Assembly: GCA_965217585.1 (NCBI GenBank)
Contig: OZ244561.1
Coordinates: 5,920,001-5,984,000 of the forward strand
Origin: Candidatus Latescibacterota bacterium
Lineage (GTDB): Bacteria; Latescibacterota; UBA2968; UBA8231
Length of the DNA stretch: 64,000 bases
Reading direction: 5' to 3'
Of this stretch, positions 1 to 9,822 are shown one piece after another. The position numbers and the translations under genes are program-made. Position 1 is the stretch's first letter; every line of letters starts with the position of its first letter. The notes beneath the pieces are model-generated. The model was not told the origin of the DNA. It searched no databases and worked only from the letters and a program-made list of their open reading frames with translations.

Positions 1-1545
1 CCGACCCACGCCGAAAATGTGGCGCGGGCGCGGCGCTTTGCCGGTTTCTATCTCAACGAAGACCTGGAGGCCCTCAACTACGACCCAGAGCACAAGATCA
101 TCAAATGTGCCCACAACGGGAGCAAGGGGCCGCGCTGGCTGTACGAAGAGGATGAGGAGCCGTCGTATGGGTACAGTCCGGGGATGGCGTGCTATGGCCT
201 GCCCTACGAGGACTTAGAGGGGATTGATGAGCCTGCCGACCTCAAGGACCCGGCGAAGGCACGGCGCATGGGGCAGGCTATGAAGGAGCGCATGACCCGA
301 GGCGATTGCGCCACCAACCTGCACGTCACCTCGCTGATCGCCAACGCCTGCTACCTGACCGGCGACGACAAATACCGCGCTTGGCTGCTCGAATACGTGG
401 ATGCGTGGATCGAAAGGGCCGCGGCCAATGGGGGCCTGTTGCCCGACAACGTGGGGCTGAGCGGGCAGGTCGGAGAATACATGGAGGGACGCTGGTATGG
501 GAGCATGTACGGCTGGACGTGGCCGCACGGGTTGTACAACATCGCCATGGCGGCCATTTTGGCCGGCACCCATTGCTATGTGCTGACCGGCGAGCAAAAG
601 TATCTCGAACTGCCCCGCACCCAGCTTAGAAAGGTGCTAGAGCAGGGGAAAATGGCCGACTTGGGCCAAATCGAGATGAGCTTGGGTGTGCACTGGATCG
701 GCCAGCTAACCGCCCTCGGCGACGACAAGGTCAGCTTTGTGGTGCCCTATTGCTACGGGGCCAAGGGGTGGTCGGACTTCCAGCCGCTGGCGGCCATGTA
801 TCCGGCCGCGCTGTGGAACGCGAGCGGGGCGGCGGTCGATTGGGAGATGCTCGAAGCGCTCCGCGCCAAAGAGCGCTACGACTGGCGCACAGTCGTGTCG
901 TTCCACAACAAAGAGGACGCCTACCACGAGCCGCCGTGGTTTTGCTATCTCAAGGGCGAAAACCCCGACTACCCGGTGCAGATCCTCCAAGCTGCTCTCT
1001 CGCAGGTCTATCGGCGGATGGAGCTTATCCGCTGCGACGAGAGCGACCCTCGCGACAACCATATCCACTGGTGGCAACAGCTAAACCCAGTGACGACCGA
1101 GGCACTCATCCAACTAACCTTGGGCGCGCCGCAGCTCCTGTACAACGGCGGCATCTTGGTGGCTCCGCTGCGCTACTTTGACGCCGAGCGCAAACGCCCG
1201 GGCCTGCCAGCGGATGTGGCCGCGCTCGTCGAGACCGTGGAGCGGGATCGCCTCGTGGTGCACTTGGTGAACTTGAGTGGGATGGCTGCCCGCAAGGTGT
1301 TGCTGCAAGCCGGAACCTTGGCCGAGCATCGGTTTGGGGAAGTGGCGTACAACACTTTGCAAAGCGCGTACCCGGGCACGGTAGGAAGCTATGCCGCGCC
1401 GCCCGTGGAGCAGGTGATCAAGCGCGTTGCCGTCAATGACACGCACTTTGCGGTAGCCTTGCCGCCGGGGACTGAAATCCGCCTCGAAATCGGCTTGGCG
1501 CGGCACGCGAACGCGCCGACATACGACTTGCCAACGACTTGGTAA
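1..1545 (+). CDS. Conserved hypothetical protein, 5'-partial (possible alpha/alpha-barrel glycoside hydrolase/lyase-like)
   Basis: Frame is open from base 1 (PTHAENVARARR...) to TAA at 1545; >508 aa, W/Y/G-rich; no family confidently recognised. Confidence 0.75.
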   Translation, partial: PTHAENVARARRFAGFYLNEDLEALNYDPEHKIIKCAHNGSKGPRWLYEEDEEPSYGYSPGMACYGLPYEDLEGIDEPADLKDPAKARRMGQAMKERMTRGDCATNLHVTSLIANACYLTGDDKYRAWLLEYVDAWIERAAANGGLLPDNVGLSGQVGEYMEGRWYGSMYGWTWPHGLYNIAMAAILAGTHCYVLTGEQKYLELPRTQLRKVLEQGKMADLGQIEMSLGVHWIGQLTALGDDKVSFVVPYCYGAKGWSDFQPLAAMYPAALWNASGAAVDWEMLEALRAKERYDWRTVVSFHNKEDAYHEPPWFCYLKGENPDYPVQILQAALSQVYRRMELIRCDESDPRDNHIHWWQQLNPVTTEALIQLTLGAPQLLYNGGILVAPLRYFDAERKRPGLPADVAALVETVERDRLVVHLVNLSGMAARKVLLQAGTLAEHRFGEVAYNTLQSAYPGTVGSYAAPPVEQVIKRVAVNDTHFAVALPPGTEIRLEIGLARHANAPTYDLPTTW

Positions 1546-1631
1546 GGACGCGGGTACCTACCAACCTATAATCGACGGATGTTACGCACCTCCGATGATG
1601 CGTACCGTCATGCATTGAATTAGGAGAGAAT

Positions 1632-2600
1632 ATGGATTATGTGCGATTGGGCCGGGCCGGGGTCAAGGTCTCGCGGCTGTGCTTGGGCACGGCCTTTCGG
1701 GGATACTGGCATGGGCAGACCGATGAGGCGACTGCTGTGCGCACGGTCGAGACGGCCATTGATCTAGGGTGCAATTTTATCGACTGCGCCAACTACTACT
1801 TTCAGGGCCGTTGCGAGGAGCTGTTGGGCAAGGCCATCAAGGGCAAGCGCGACGATTTGGTGATCACCACCAAGGTCTGGAGCCAAATAGGCGACGGCCC
1901 CAACGATCGCGGCTTGTCGCGCTTTGCCATCATGCGCGAGATCGAGCGGTCGCTGAAGCGCTTGGCCACGGATTACGTGGATATCTACTTGCTGCATAAC
2001 TGGGATCCAGACACCGAACTCGACGAGACGCTAAGGGCGTTTGACGACTTGGTGCGGCAGGGCAAGATGCGCTATGTGGGGGCCTGCAATTTTACCGCCG
2101 TCCAAGTGGTGGAGGCGCTGTGGGCGGCCGATCGCGGGGGAATAGACCCGCTGTTCACTTTGCAAAACCAGTACAACCTGTTGCAGCGCTGGGAAGTAGA
2201 GCCGGAGCTGTTGCCTTTGTGTCAGCAGTACGGCCTTGGCATGATGACCTACAGTCCGCTGGCCGTCGGCCTGTTGAGCGGGCGGTTTAGGCGGGGACAC
2301 AAGCCGCCGGTGGATAGCGCTTGGCAGGACGATGCGCGGTTTGCCGAGGCCATGAACGAAAAATGCGACCGGATTGTGCAAAAGCTGATCGAGATCGGCG
2401 CAGCACAGGACAAGACCCCGGCGCAGGTTGCCGTCGCTTGGATATTGGCCAACGAGGATGTTACCGCGCCGATCATCGGCCCGGACCGGCCCGAACACGT
2501 GGAGGAAGTTGTTGGGGCACTGGAAGTGGAGCTAGGGGCCGAAGAATTAGCCGCCTTGGACGCCCTCTCTCAGTGGACGCCCTTGGAGCGCACGCATTAG
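1632..2600 (+). CDS. Aldo/keto reductase
   Basis: GVKVSRLCLGT, FIDCANYY, SLKRLATDYVDIYLLH, YSPLAVGLLSG motifs; RBS AGGAG upstream. Confidence 0.93.
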   Translation: MDYVRLGRAGVKVSRLCLGTAFRGYWHGQTDEATAVRTVETAIDLGCNFIDCANYYFQGRCEELLGKAIKGKRDDLVITTKVWSQIGDGPNDRGLSRFAIMREIERSLKRLATDYVDIYLLHNWDPDTELDETLRAFDDLVRQGKMRYVGACNFTAVQVVEALWAADRGGIDPLFTLQNQYNLLQRWEVEPELLPLCQQYGLGMMTYSPLAVGLLSGRFRRGHKPPVDSAWQDDARFAEAMNEKCDRIVQKLIEIGAAQDKTPAQVAVAWILANEDVTAPIIGPDRPEHVEEVVGALEVELGAEELAALDALSQWTPLERTH

Positions 2601-2744
2601 CTGCTGCGGCCGGCTCAGCGACAGGTTCTACTTCCGCCGGTCCCATTTCTGGCCGCCTTGCTCACCAAATAGAAAACCGGCACCCTAAATGTCAGAGATG
2701 TACTTTTTATCGAGAGTTCGCGCACGGCAGACTGCTAAAAACGC

Positions 2745-2780
2745 AAAAAAGGGTTCAACGACCCGAAGCCGTCGAACCCC
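2745..2780 (-). terminator. Rho-independent terminator
   Basis: Minus strand GGGTTCGACGGC-TTCGG-GTCGTTGAACCC followed by TTTTTT, about 30 nt after the stop of the 2809-3036 remnant. Confidence 0.7.
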
Positions 2781-2808
2781 TTCGACCAAAAGGCGGTGCT
2801 GTGCAGCG

Positions 2809-3036
2809 CTACAGTTTGCGCAGGCGGATGGAGCCCCCCGAAGTGGACACCGACGCCGTACCGGAGCAGCTTTTTAGAGAGATGGACCCACCCGAAGTTT
2901 TGCCCTCGATCGGTCCTTCGATGTGGCCAAAGCTCAGACTGCCGCCCGAAGTCCGGGCTGAGACGCGGCCCTGAAGATCGCCTACCTCAATGCCACCGCC
3001 GGAGGTGCTCAGTTCCAAATCGTGCTGGCGCGGCAC
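2809..3036 (-). pseudogene. C-terminal remnant of a DUF4097-type beta-strand repeat (adhesin-like) protein
   Basis: Four (S/R/K)TSGG(G/S)(I/L) repeats; only 75 aa, no signal peptide or N-terminal part. Confidence 0.7.
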
Positions 3037-3176
3037 CGTGAGGCGGAACAGGGGGGCGCGTCCCTTCGCAAGGCCGAAGAAGTAATACTCCCGATTGGGA
3101 ACAAGTCTGTCGTTTCTATATTTTAAATGGAATACCGCTCGGCAATTTCAACCCAATATCACCGGAAGGCTTTTTC

Positions 3177-3476
3177 ATGCCCGCAGTGCAAGACATTCTA
3201 GTATTTTTTCAGACCACGCCCGCGCTCGACGCCCAAGTCGTCGCTTGGGCACGCTACGAAGCCTCCAAGGGCACGGGCCTAGGCGACTTGGTCGAGGAGA
3301 GCGATCCTCCCTACCAGAATGCCATGGCGGCCATGCGCGACGGCTGGCAAGTCATCCAGATGTCGGAACTCAAACATCGCTTGCCCCAAGAGGGCTATGA
3401 ACTGGGGCCGCTGCCCTACCAGATCGTGCTGGCGAAATTCAACGAGCTGCAAAAAGAGGAAGGAGCCACATCGTGA
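3177..3476 (+). CDS. Small hypothetical protein coupled to PhyH gene
   Basis: 99-aa ORF; stop overlaps GTG start of the next gene (GTGA). Confidence 0.7.
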   Translation: MPAVQDILVFFQTTPALDAQVVAWARYEASKGTGLGDLVEESDPPYQNAMAAMRDGWQVIQMSELKHRLPQEGYELGPLPYQIVLAKFNELQKEEGATS

Positions 3477-4282
3477 AAGAGCATCTTTTGAACTCGAAGC
3501 AGATGGCGCAATTCGTTGCCTCGGGGTATTTGAAGTTCGAAGAAATGGTGCCCCAAGATCTGTGCCGAGCCTGCCTTGAGGAAATGCACCACAACCAGGG
3601 CTATCTCGCCGTGGGTACCCCCTTTGAGGAGACTTGGCCCAAAGGCACGGCTTTGGGCGATGCGTTCCGCCTGCCGCAGGTGCAGGGACTCATCCACTCC
3701 TTGGTCGGCCCCGATCCCCTGTACGACCACCACGGCGTGCACTTGACCAAGGCCGAACAAACCAAGGGGCCCAATATGCACCAAGACTCGGTCATCGACT
3801 TCCGCGACCATTACTTCGATATCCAGCTATCGCTGTTCCCCGCGGATACAACAGACGAGATGGGCGGTACTTTCTTGGTGCCGGGAACGCAATTCCGCAA
3901 TGTGCGCACCGGGGAGATCTCCATTTACCACCACATGCGCGGCAAGATCTGGGCGACCTGCCCGGCGGGGACGATGTACGTGTGGAACACCCGCGTCTGG
4001 CACGGGGCGCGCAGCAACTACACGGATCGGGATCGCTTCATGTACAAGTTGCGGCTCAACCCGACGCAGCCGCAGGTCTGCAACTTTAACACCGCGGATC
4101 TGGACGACCCTGAGATCGGTCGCATCCTGTCGACCAACCACGGCTGGGAGGGCAACGAGCATCGCTACGAACTGATGCAGCGCGTGCGCTTGTGGCGCTT
4201 TGTCTCCGACCAGCCAAACTACGATGTGGGCGAGCGCTTTATGCGGCGCATTGAGTACCAGCCCGGCGAGGCGGCAGGCTAG
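3473..4282 (+). CDS. Phytanoyl-CoA dioxygenase (PhyH) family Fe/2OG oxygenase
   Basis: MHQDS (HxD), GGTFLVPGT, distal VWHGA, conserved Arg. Confidence 0.88.
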   Translation: MKEHLLNSKQMAQFVASGYLKFEEMVPQDLCRACLEEMHHNQGYLAVGTPFEETWPKGTALGDAFRLPQVQGLIHSLVGPDPLYDHHGVHLTKAEQTKGPNMHQDSVIDFRDHYFDIQLSLFPADTTDEMGGTFLVPGTQFRNVRTGEISIYHHMRGKIWATCPAGTMYVWNTRVWHGARSNYTDRDRFMYKLRLNPTQPQVCNFNTADLDDPEIGRILSTNHGWEGNEHRYELMQRVRLWRFVSDQPNYDVGERFMRRIEYQPGEAAG

Positions 4283-4311
4283 ATGCCGAGGATTCTTTTT
4301 TTTCCAAAGAC

Positions 4312-6051
4312 ATGGTTCTAGAAAGTCCAGTGCTGCTGTCGTCTTATGCCCGCTGCGGACAGGAGCGCTCCTTTGCGTTTGTCGATCCGGTGGACGAGGT
4401 GGTGGCCGTAGCGGCGGGGGAGGTGCGCCCGGCTCTCAGCGCGGTGGAGCGGGCAGTGGAACAAGGGTTGCACGCCGCCGGATTTGTCTGCTACGAGGCC
4501 GCTGCTGGTCTGGACCCAGCCTTCACCACCCGTCCTGCTGGTGCGCTTCCTTTGGTTTACTTTGGCCTTTTTGCGGAGCGGACGCCGGTGGCCGCGCCTA
4601 GCGCTGGCTTGGGCACCTATGAGTTGGATGAGTGGCGGCCGTCGGTGTCGCGGGAGGAGTACGAGGCCGCCATCGCTCACATCCGCGCCTATATTGCGGC
4701 CGGCGACACGTACCAAGTCAACTACACCTTGCGCTTGCACAGCCGTTTCCGGGGCGATCCGCAGGCGCTGTACCGCGATATGGGGCAGGTGCAGGAGTCC
4801 GCGTTGTGCGCGTACTTCGACTTGGGCCGGCACGTGCTGATCTCGGCGTCCCCCGAGCTGTTCTTCCGCCTGCGCGACGGGCGTTGCACGGTGCGGCCCA
4901 TGAAGGGAACCCGGTCGCGGGGCCGCTTTGCGGCTGAGGATCAACAGCGGGCCGACGAGCTGCAAAATTCCGCTAAGGATCGCGCTGAGAACCTGATGGT
5001 TACGGATATGTTGCGCAACGACTTAGGGCGCATCTCGCAAGTCGGCAGCGTGGCGGTTCCGGCCCTGTGGTCGGTCGAGCGCTATCCCACGGTGTGGCAG
5101 TTAACGTCCACCGTGGAAAGCCGACTCAAAGCCGACGTGAGCTTGCCCGACATCTTTGCCGCGCTCTTCCCCTGCGGCTCGGTGACCGGCGCGCCCAAGG
5201 TGCGGACTATGGCAATCATCGCCGAACTGGAGCGTGCCCCGCGCGGCATTTACACCGGCTGCATGGGCTATGTGTCGCCTGGGCCGGAGGCGTGTTTCAA
5301 CGTGGCGATTCGCACGGCGCATCTCGACCGGGAGAGCACACAACTCGAATTTGGCGTGGGCGGTGGGATCGTCTGGGAATCGTCGGCTGCGGAAGAATAC
5401 GCCGAATGCGTCGTCAAGGCCGAGGTCTTGCGCGCTAGGCCGCACCCGTCTTTTGAGTTGTTGGAGACGCTGTTGTACGAAGATGGGGCGTACTTCCTGT
5501 TAGAGAGTCACTTAGAGCGGTTGTCTCAGTCGGCGGCATACTGGGGATTTTGCTATGCGGATGACCGCGTGCGTGCGCAGTTACAAGACGCGGCCAACGC
5601 TATGGAGGGCCGGTGCAGGGTGCGCTTGTTACTGGCCCGCAACGGCGAGATCCGCGTGCAGCATCATGCACTCGCGCCGCGGCGGCGGTTGCGGGTGGCT
5701 CTTGCCGCCGAGCCGGTGGACAGCACCGATCCCTTGCTGTACCACAAGACGACCCACCGGGCTATGTACGACCAGCAGTTGGCGGCGCGCCCGGATTGCG
5801 ACGATGTGGTGCTGTACAACGAGCGCGGCGAGCTGACCGAGTGCTGCATCGGCAACTTGGTGCTGGAGCGCGACGGCGTCCGCTACACGCCCCCGGTCGA
5901 ATCCGGGCTGTTGGCCGGCACCTTCCGCGCCGAGCTTGTGGCGCAGGGCCAACTTTGCGAACGCCCATTGCCCATTGGCGAATTGGCGCGGGCCGACGCC
6001 CTCTATCTCATCAATTCAGTTCGGCGCTGGGTCGAACTGGAACTCGTGTAA
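4312..6051 (+). CDS. pabB: Fused aminodeoxychorismate synthase component I / class IV aminotransferase (ADC lyase-like)
   Basis: GDTYQVNYT, SPELFF, RPMKGT, KDRAENLMVTDMLRNDLG, SVTGAPK; C-terminal YHKTT...GLLAGTFR...INSVR. Confidence 0.93.
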   Translation: MVLESPVLLSSYARCGQERSFAFVDPVDEVVAVAAGEVRPALSAVERAVEQGLHAAGFVCYEAAAGLDPAFTTRPAGALPLVYFGLFAERTPVAAPSAGLGTYELDEWRPSVSREEYEAAIAHIRAYIAAGDTYQVNYTLRLHSRFRGDPQALYRDMGQVQESALCAYFDLGRHVLISASPELFFRLRDGRCTVRPMKGTRSRGRFAAEDQQRADELQNSAKDRAENLMVTDMLRNDLGRISQVGSVAVPALWSVERYPTVWQLTSTVESRLKADVSLPDIFAALFPCGSVTGAPKVRTMAIIAELERAPRGIYTGCMGYVSPGPEACFNVAIRTAHLDRESTQLEFGVGGGIVWESSAAEEYAECVVKAEVLRARPHPSFELLETLLYEDGAYFLLESHLERLSQSAAYWGFCYADDRVRAQLQDAANAMEGRCRVRLLLARNGEIRVQHHALAPRRRLRVALAAEPVDSTDPLLYHKTTHRAMYDQQLAARPDCDDVVLYNERGELTECCIGNLVLERDGVRYTPPVESGLLAGTFRAELVAQGQLCERPLPIGELARADALYLINSVRRWVELELV

Positions 6052-6062
6052 AGGAGCACATC

Positions 6063-7232
6063 ATGTATCGCATTGGCCAAGCAGAAATCAAGCAACTACA
6101 ACGGCTATTCGACAGCGGCGCGATCTTCCGCTATGGGGCAGGTGGGGAGTGCGACCGCTTTGAAAGGAACTGGGCGCGCTACGTAGGCGTGGGGCACTGT
6201 CGGATGACTCGCTCGGGGACCTCGGCGCTGTACGCAGCACTAGTGGGATTGGGCGTGGGGCCGGGGGATCAGGTGATTGTGCCCGCCTATACCTACATGG
6301 CGACCGCGTTGGCGGTGCTGGGGGCTGGAGCCATTCCGGTAATTGCCGATGTAGATGACTCCTTGACGCTGTGCCCCAAGGATTTAAAGCGACGCATTAC
6401 CAAGCACACTAGGGCGATTATTCCGGTCCACATGGTCGGCTTGCCCTGCGATATGAAGCGAATTGCCAAGATCGCCCGCAAACGCGGCCTGCTCGTTCTC
6501 GAAGACGCCTGTCAGGCGGTGGGCGGCGGGTACGAGGGCCGAATGCTGGGCAGTTGGGGCCACGCCGGTGCGTTTAGTTTCAACTTCTTCAAGAACATGA
6601 CCTGCGGCGAGGGTGGGGCTTTTGTAACCAATGCCGAGGCAGTGCATCAGCGCGGCTCGGTGGCGGTGGACTGCTGCTCCTTTTACTGGAACCCCGACGA
6701 AGAGCGCGAAGAGCTACAATTTGCCGGCCCCAACTTCCGGGCTTCTGAAGTCGAGGGGGCCATACTCAACGTGCAATTGCGGCGGATCCGGGGGATGCTT
6801 AAGACCATGCGTGCCCACAAGCAGGAGTTGCTCCAGGTCGGGCTGGAGGCAGGATTGGAGTCGATAAAAAACAACAGCTTGGACTACGAGTGCGGTACGC
6901 ACGTGGGCTTTTTGTTTGCCACCGAGGACGAGGCGCGCTCCTTCTGCAACCGATTGGCCGCCCAAGACGTGCGCTCCTTTTTGCCCATGGATACCGGCCG
7001 CCACGTCTATACGCGCTGGGAGCCTATTTTGCGCTACCAAGGCGCGCACCATCCGGCGCTCAACCCCTATGAGCTGCCGGCCAACCGCAAGGCGCGGGTC
7101 AAATACAAGCTGGATACGTGTCAAGACTCGCTCGACGTTTTGGCGCGAGCCGTACTGGTGTCCATGCACCCGAACAACACCAAGACCAAGGTGCGGAAGA
7201 TGGGCGAAGCGATCCGGGTGGCCGCGGGCTGA
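6063..7232 (+). CDS. DegT/DnrJ/EryC1/StrS PLP-dependent aminotransferase
   Basis: SGTSALY, VIVPAYTYMAT, EDACQA, FSFNFFKNMTCGEGG; start placed at ATG 6063 after AAGGAG. Confidence 0.92.
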   Translation: MYRIGQAEIKQLQRLFDSGAIFRYGAGGECDRFERNWARYVGVGHCRMTRSGTSALYAALVGLGVGPGDQVIVPAYTYMATALAVLGAGAIPVIADVDDSLTLCPKDLKRRITKHTRAIIPVHMVGLPCDMKRIAKIARKRGLLVLEDACQAVGGGYEGRMLGSWGHAGAFSFNFFKNMTCGEGGAFVTNAEAVHQRGSVAVDCCSFYWNPDEEREELQFAGPNFRASEVEGAILNVQLRRIRGMLKTMRAHKQELLQVGLEAGLESIKNNSLDYECGTHVGFLFATEDEARSFCNRLAAQDVRSFLPMDTGRHVYTRWEPILRYQGAHHPALNPYELPANRKARVKYKLDTCQDSLDVLARAVLVSMHPNNTKTKVRKMGEAIRVAAG

Positions 7233-7269
7233 GATTGACGTGCCTGCACACGCCGTCTATATTGCAGGC

Positions 7270-7527
7270 ATGACAGAAAAATCGACTCAGTACACCATCC
7301 GCAAAGTGCCTCCGCAGCTAGACAGGGAACTCAGGAGGAGGGCACGCGAGGAGCACAAGAGCCTGAATGAAATCGCCCTGTGGGCACTCGAGCGTGGCTT
7401 GGGCTTGTCGGAACAGGCCGTGCGTCACCACGACCTAGACGACTTGGCGGGCACTTGGGTGGACGATCCGGCCTTCGACCAAGCCGTCGACGCTATGGAT
7501 CAAGTAGATCCAGAGCTGTGGCGGTGA
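7270..7527 (+). CDS. Ribbon-helix-helix (FitA/VapB-like) antitoxin
   Basis: YTIRKVPPQLDRELRRRA...SLNE RHH pattern; acidic DLDDLAGTW tail; overlaps the toxin start. Confidence 0.8.
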   Translation: MTEKSTQYTIRKVPPQLDRELRRRAREEHKSLNEIALWALERGLGLSEQAVRHHDLDDLAGTWVDDPAFDQAVDAMDQVDPELWR

Positions 7528-7910
7528 AAATTGTCCTAGACACCAACCGCTACCGCGACTTTTGCCTCGGCGATCCGGTGGTCTTGGACCGTCTCCAGCT
7601 AGCCGAACAGATCTTCCTATCCTTCGTCACTCTGGCTGAATTGCGCGCTGGTTTCCAGTGCGGTACCAGAGCTGGCAAAAATGAGCGCATTCTGTTGCGC
7701 TTTCTCAGTCGGCCTCGGACATCCGTTCTCTATGCCAGCGAAGCCACCACGCGGCACTATGCCCAGCTCTTTTACCAGCTACGTCAGCAGGGTACGCCCA
7801 TTCCGACCAACGATATCTGGATTGCCGCCTTGGTGGTTGAGCACGGCCTTCATCTTTTTTCTCGCGACCAGCACTTCGACCACCTTCCGCATCTGCCGCG
7901 CATCGATTAA
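7524..7910 (+). CDS. vapC: VapC PIN-domain toxin
   Basis: IVLDTN, LAELRAG, IPTNDIWIAA, SRDQHF PIN motifs; GTGA overlap with the antitoxin. Confidence 0.9.
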   Translation: MKIVLDTNRYRDFCLGDPVVLDRLQLAEQIFLSFVTLAELRAGFQCGTRAGKNERILLRFLSRPRTSVLYASEATTRHYAQLFYQLRQQGTPIPTNDIWIAALVVEHGLHLFSRDQHFDHLPHLPRID

Positions 7911-7935
7911 TTAGTCGCCCGTCGGTAGCGTTGGA

Positions 7936-8883
7936 TCAGCGATAGACGGCTTGGATCATGGCGCGGATGAAGCCGGTGGCGAAGGCGTGGCCTTGGCGTC
8001 CGCCTTGGTCGTCGGGGATGGACGGGGTGTGATCCATCATAAACGGCCCGTTAAAGCCCACCTCCTTGTAGGTCTGCATCGCTCGGTACATATCGACATC
8101 GCCCTCGTCGACAAAGACCTCCCTAAAATCCTTGGGCGTCCCGCGCACGTTGCGGAAGTGGACGTAGGCGATTTTGCCTTGGCGGCCCATGCGGCGGATG
8201 GCCTCGTACACGTCAATGCCCATCTCGGTGACGCAGCCTTGGCAGAACAGCATGGCGTTTTGGGGGCTGGGGTTGAGGGCGAAGATGCGCTCGTATTGGT
8301 CCAGGGTGGAGACAATTCGCGCGGCGCCGCCCATCGGCTCGGGTAGCGGGGGATCGTCCGGGTGTAGGGCCAAGGTAACGCCGGCTTCTTCGGCGACGGG
8401 GACGATGCGCTGGTGGAAGTAGGCGATGTTGGCCCACATCCCGTCCTCGTCGATGTGCTTTGCTGGATAGTCGTGGTTCTCTTTTTCGTATTCTGCGTAG
8501 GTGAAGGTGCTGTAGTGGGCACCGCCGCGGCCGGTGTCCGAGGGGGTGCGGAAGTTGCCCACGGGTTTGAAATTGTAGCCGAGGGTAGGGACGCCGACGG
8601 TGCCCATGGCCCGGAGCCAGTTACACCACTCCTCGATTTTGGCGTCGCGATCTTGTTGCGCGAGAGTGATTTCGTCCGGGCCGGTTAAGGCGGCGTTGTA
8701 CAGGCGGAGGCCGTTTTTTTCGGCGCGGGCGCGGACCCCCCTTAGGAACTCGACCATCTCGGGGTAGGTGTGCAGGTCGAGGGGGAGGGAGTTGACGGTC
8801 AGATAATCGACGCCAATGGCTTTGTAGTAGCTCAAGTTGTCATCGGTAATGCGGTCGTGGGGGAGTTGGTCTTGGATGTACAT
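7936..8883 (-). CDS. Mannonate dehydratase (UxuA)-like protein
   Basis: LALHPDDPP, FCQGC, IAYVHFRNV, EGDVDM, MDH motifs. Confidence 0.88.
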   Translation of the reverse strand: MYIQDQLPHDRITDDNLSYYKAIGVDYLTVNSLPLDLHTYPEMVEFLRGVRARAEKNGLRLYNAALTGPDEITLAQQDRDAKIEEWCNWLRAMGTVGVPTLGYNFKPVGNFRTPSDTGRGGAHYSTFTYAEYEKENHDYPAKHIDEDGMWANIAYFHQRIVPVAEEAGVTLALHPDDPPLPEPMGGAARIVSTLDQYERIFALNPSPQNAMLFCQGCVTEMGIDVYEAIRRMGRQGKIAYVHFRNVRGTPKDFREVFVDEGDVDMYRAMQTYKEVGFNGPFMMDHTPSIPDDQGGRQGHAFATGFIRAMIQAVYR

Positions 8884-8988
8884 GGCGTCTCCTTTGGGTT
8901 GGGTAGCTACTGCACTAGGATTTGGCTATATACTTAGGAAAGAAAGGCATCGTCCTCACGGCGCGCCAATCGGCCTTTCACACAAAAT

Positions 8989-9804
8989 ATGGGATTATCA
9001 CAAATGCCGAAAAAACTACCCCTCGCCGGGGTCAAACAATCCGAAGAGCAGATTGCCCAGTGGATCGAGAGATTTCATCGCGAGGGGTATCTGTGCGTTA
9101 AAAACGTCCTGCCGCCGGACTGGTGTGCGCAATTGCGGGCCGACTTGGACCGGGCGCTGGCGGACAATCCGAATGGACTGAACAACTACAGCGAGCGCAC
9201 GAAGCTCGCGCATCGGCTATTCGAAACGAGCGCAGCGAACCTGCGCCTGTTCGATCTCGAGCCGATTGTGAGCTTCGCAGAGGAGCTGGTAGCGCCGAAT
9301 TGCCACGTGATTCACAACAACTCGTTTCAGACGTTTCCGGGCGGAGGGATCTCGACGTGGCATCAGGACGACGCCCCGCACTACGTCATCACAGATGGCA
9401 AGCCACCGGCGAATGTCCATCTGCCCGTGCTGTTTTTCACGGCCAACTACTATCTGACCGATGTGGATACGCCGGCGCACGGCGGGACGGAAGTGATTCC
9501 GGGGACGCACATGCTCGGTAGATCACCGGGCGAAATCGAGGGCTCCGAGTGGGAAGACAAAATCGTCCACAACAGCGCGCCGGCGGGGAGCGTCGTGATG
9601 TTCAACAATCAGGTGTGGCATCGCGGGGGGCCGAACCGCACTGACCGCACGCGGTACATCACTCAGGTGACGTATGCGCGCCGGATCGTCGGGCACAAGT
9701 ACTACCCGTTTATGAACTACCAAATGCCGCCGCATGTGTACGAAAATGCAAACCCCCGGTTGAAACGGCTGCTCGGCTTCCTCGATCACGGCGCGTACGG
9801 CTAG
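8989..9804 (+). CDS. PhyH family Fe/2OG oxygenase
   Basis: WHQDD, GGTEVIPGTH, VWHRGG, R; start may be ATG 9004. Confidence 0.88.
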   Translation: MGLSQMPKKLPLAGVKQSEEQIAQWIERFHREGYLCVKNVLPPDWCAQLRADLDRALADNPNGLNNYSERTKLAHRLFETSAANLRLFDLEPIVSFAEELVAPNCHVIHNNSFQTFPGGGISTWHQDDAPHYVITDGKPPANVHLPVLFFTANYYLTDVDTPAHGGTEVIPGTHMLGRSPGEIEGSEWEDKIVHNSAPAGSVVMFNNQVWHRGGPNRTDRTRYITQVTYARRIVGHKYYPFMNYQMPPHVYENANPRLKRLLGFLDHGAYG

Positions 9805-9822
9805 CTGACTGGAGCAAGGCTC

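Noticed and set aside
5613-6062. 150-aa N-terminal extension of the DegT aminotransferase in the ORF track
   Set aside because: Overlaps pabB in another frame; a good RBS precedes ATG 6063
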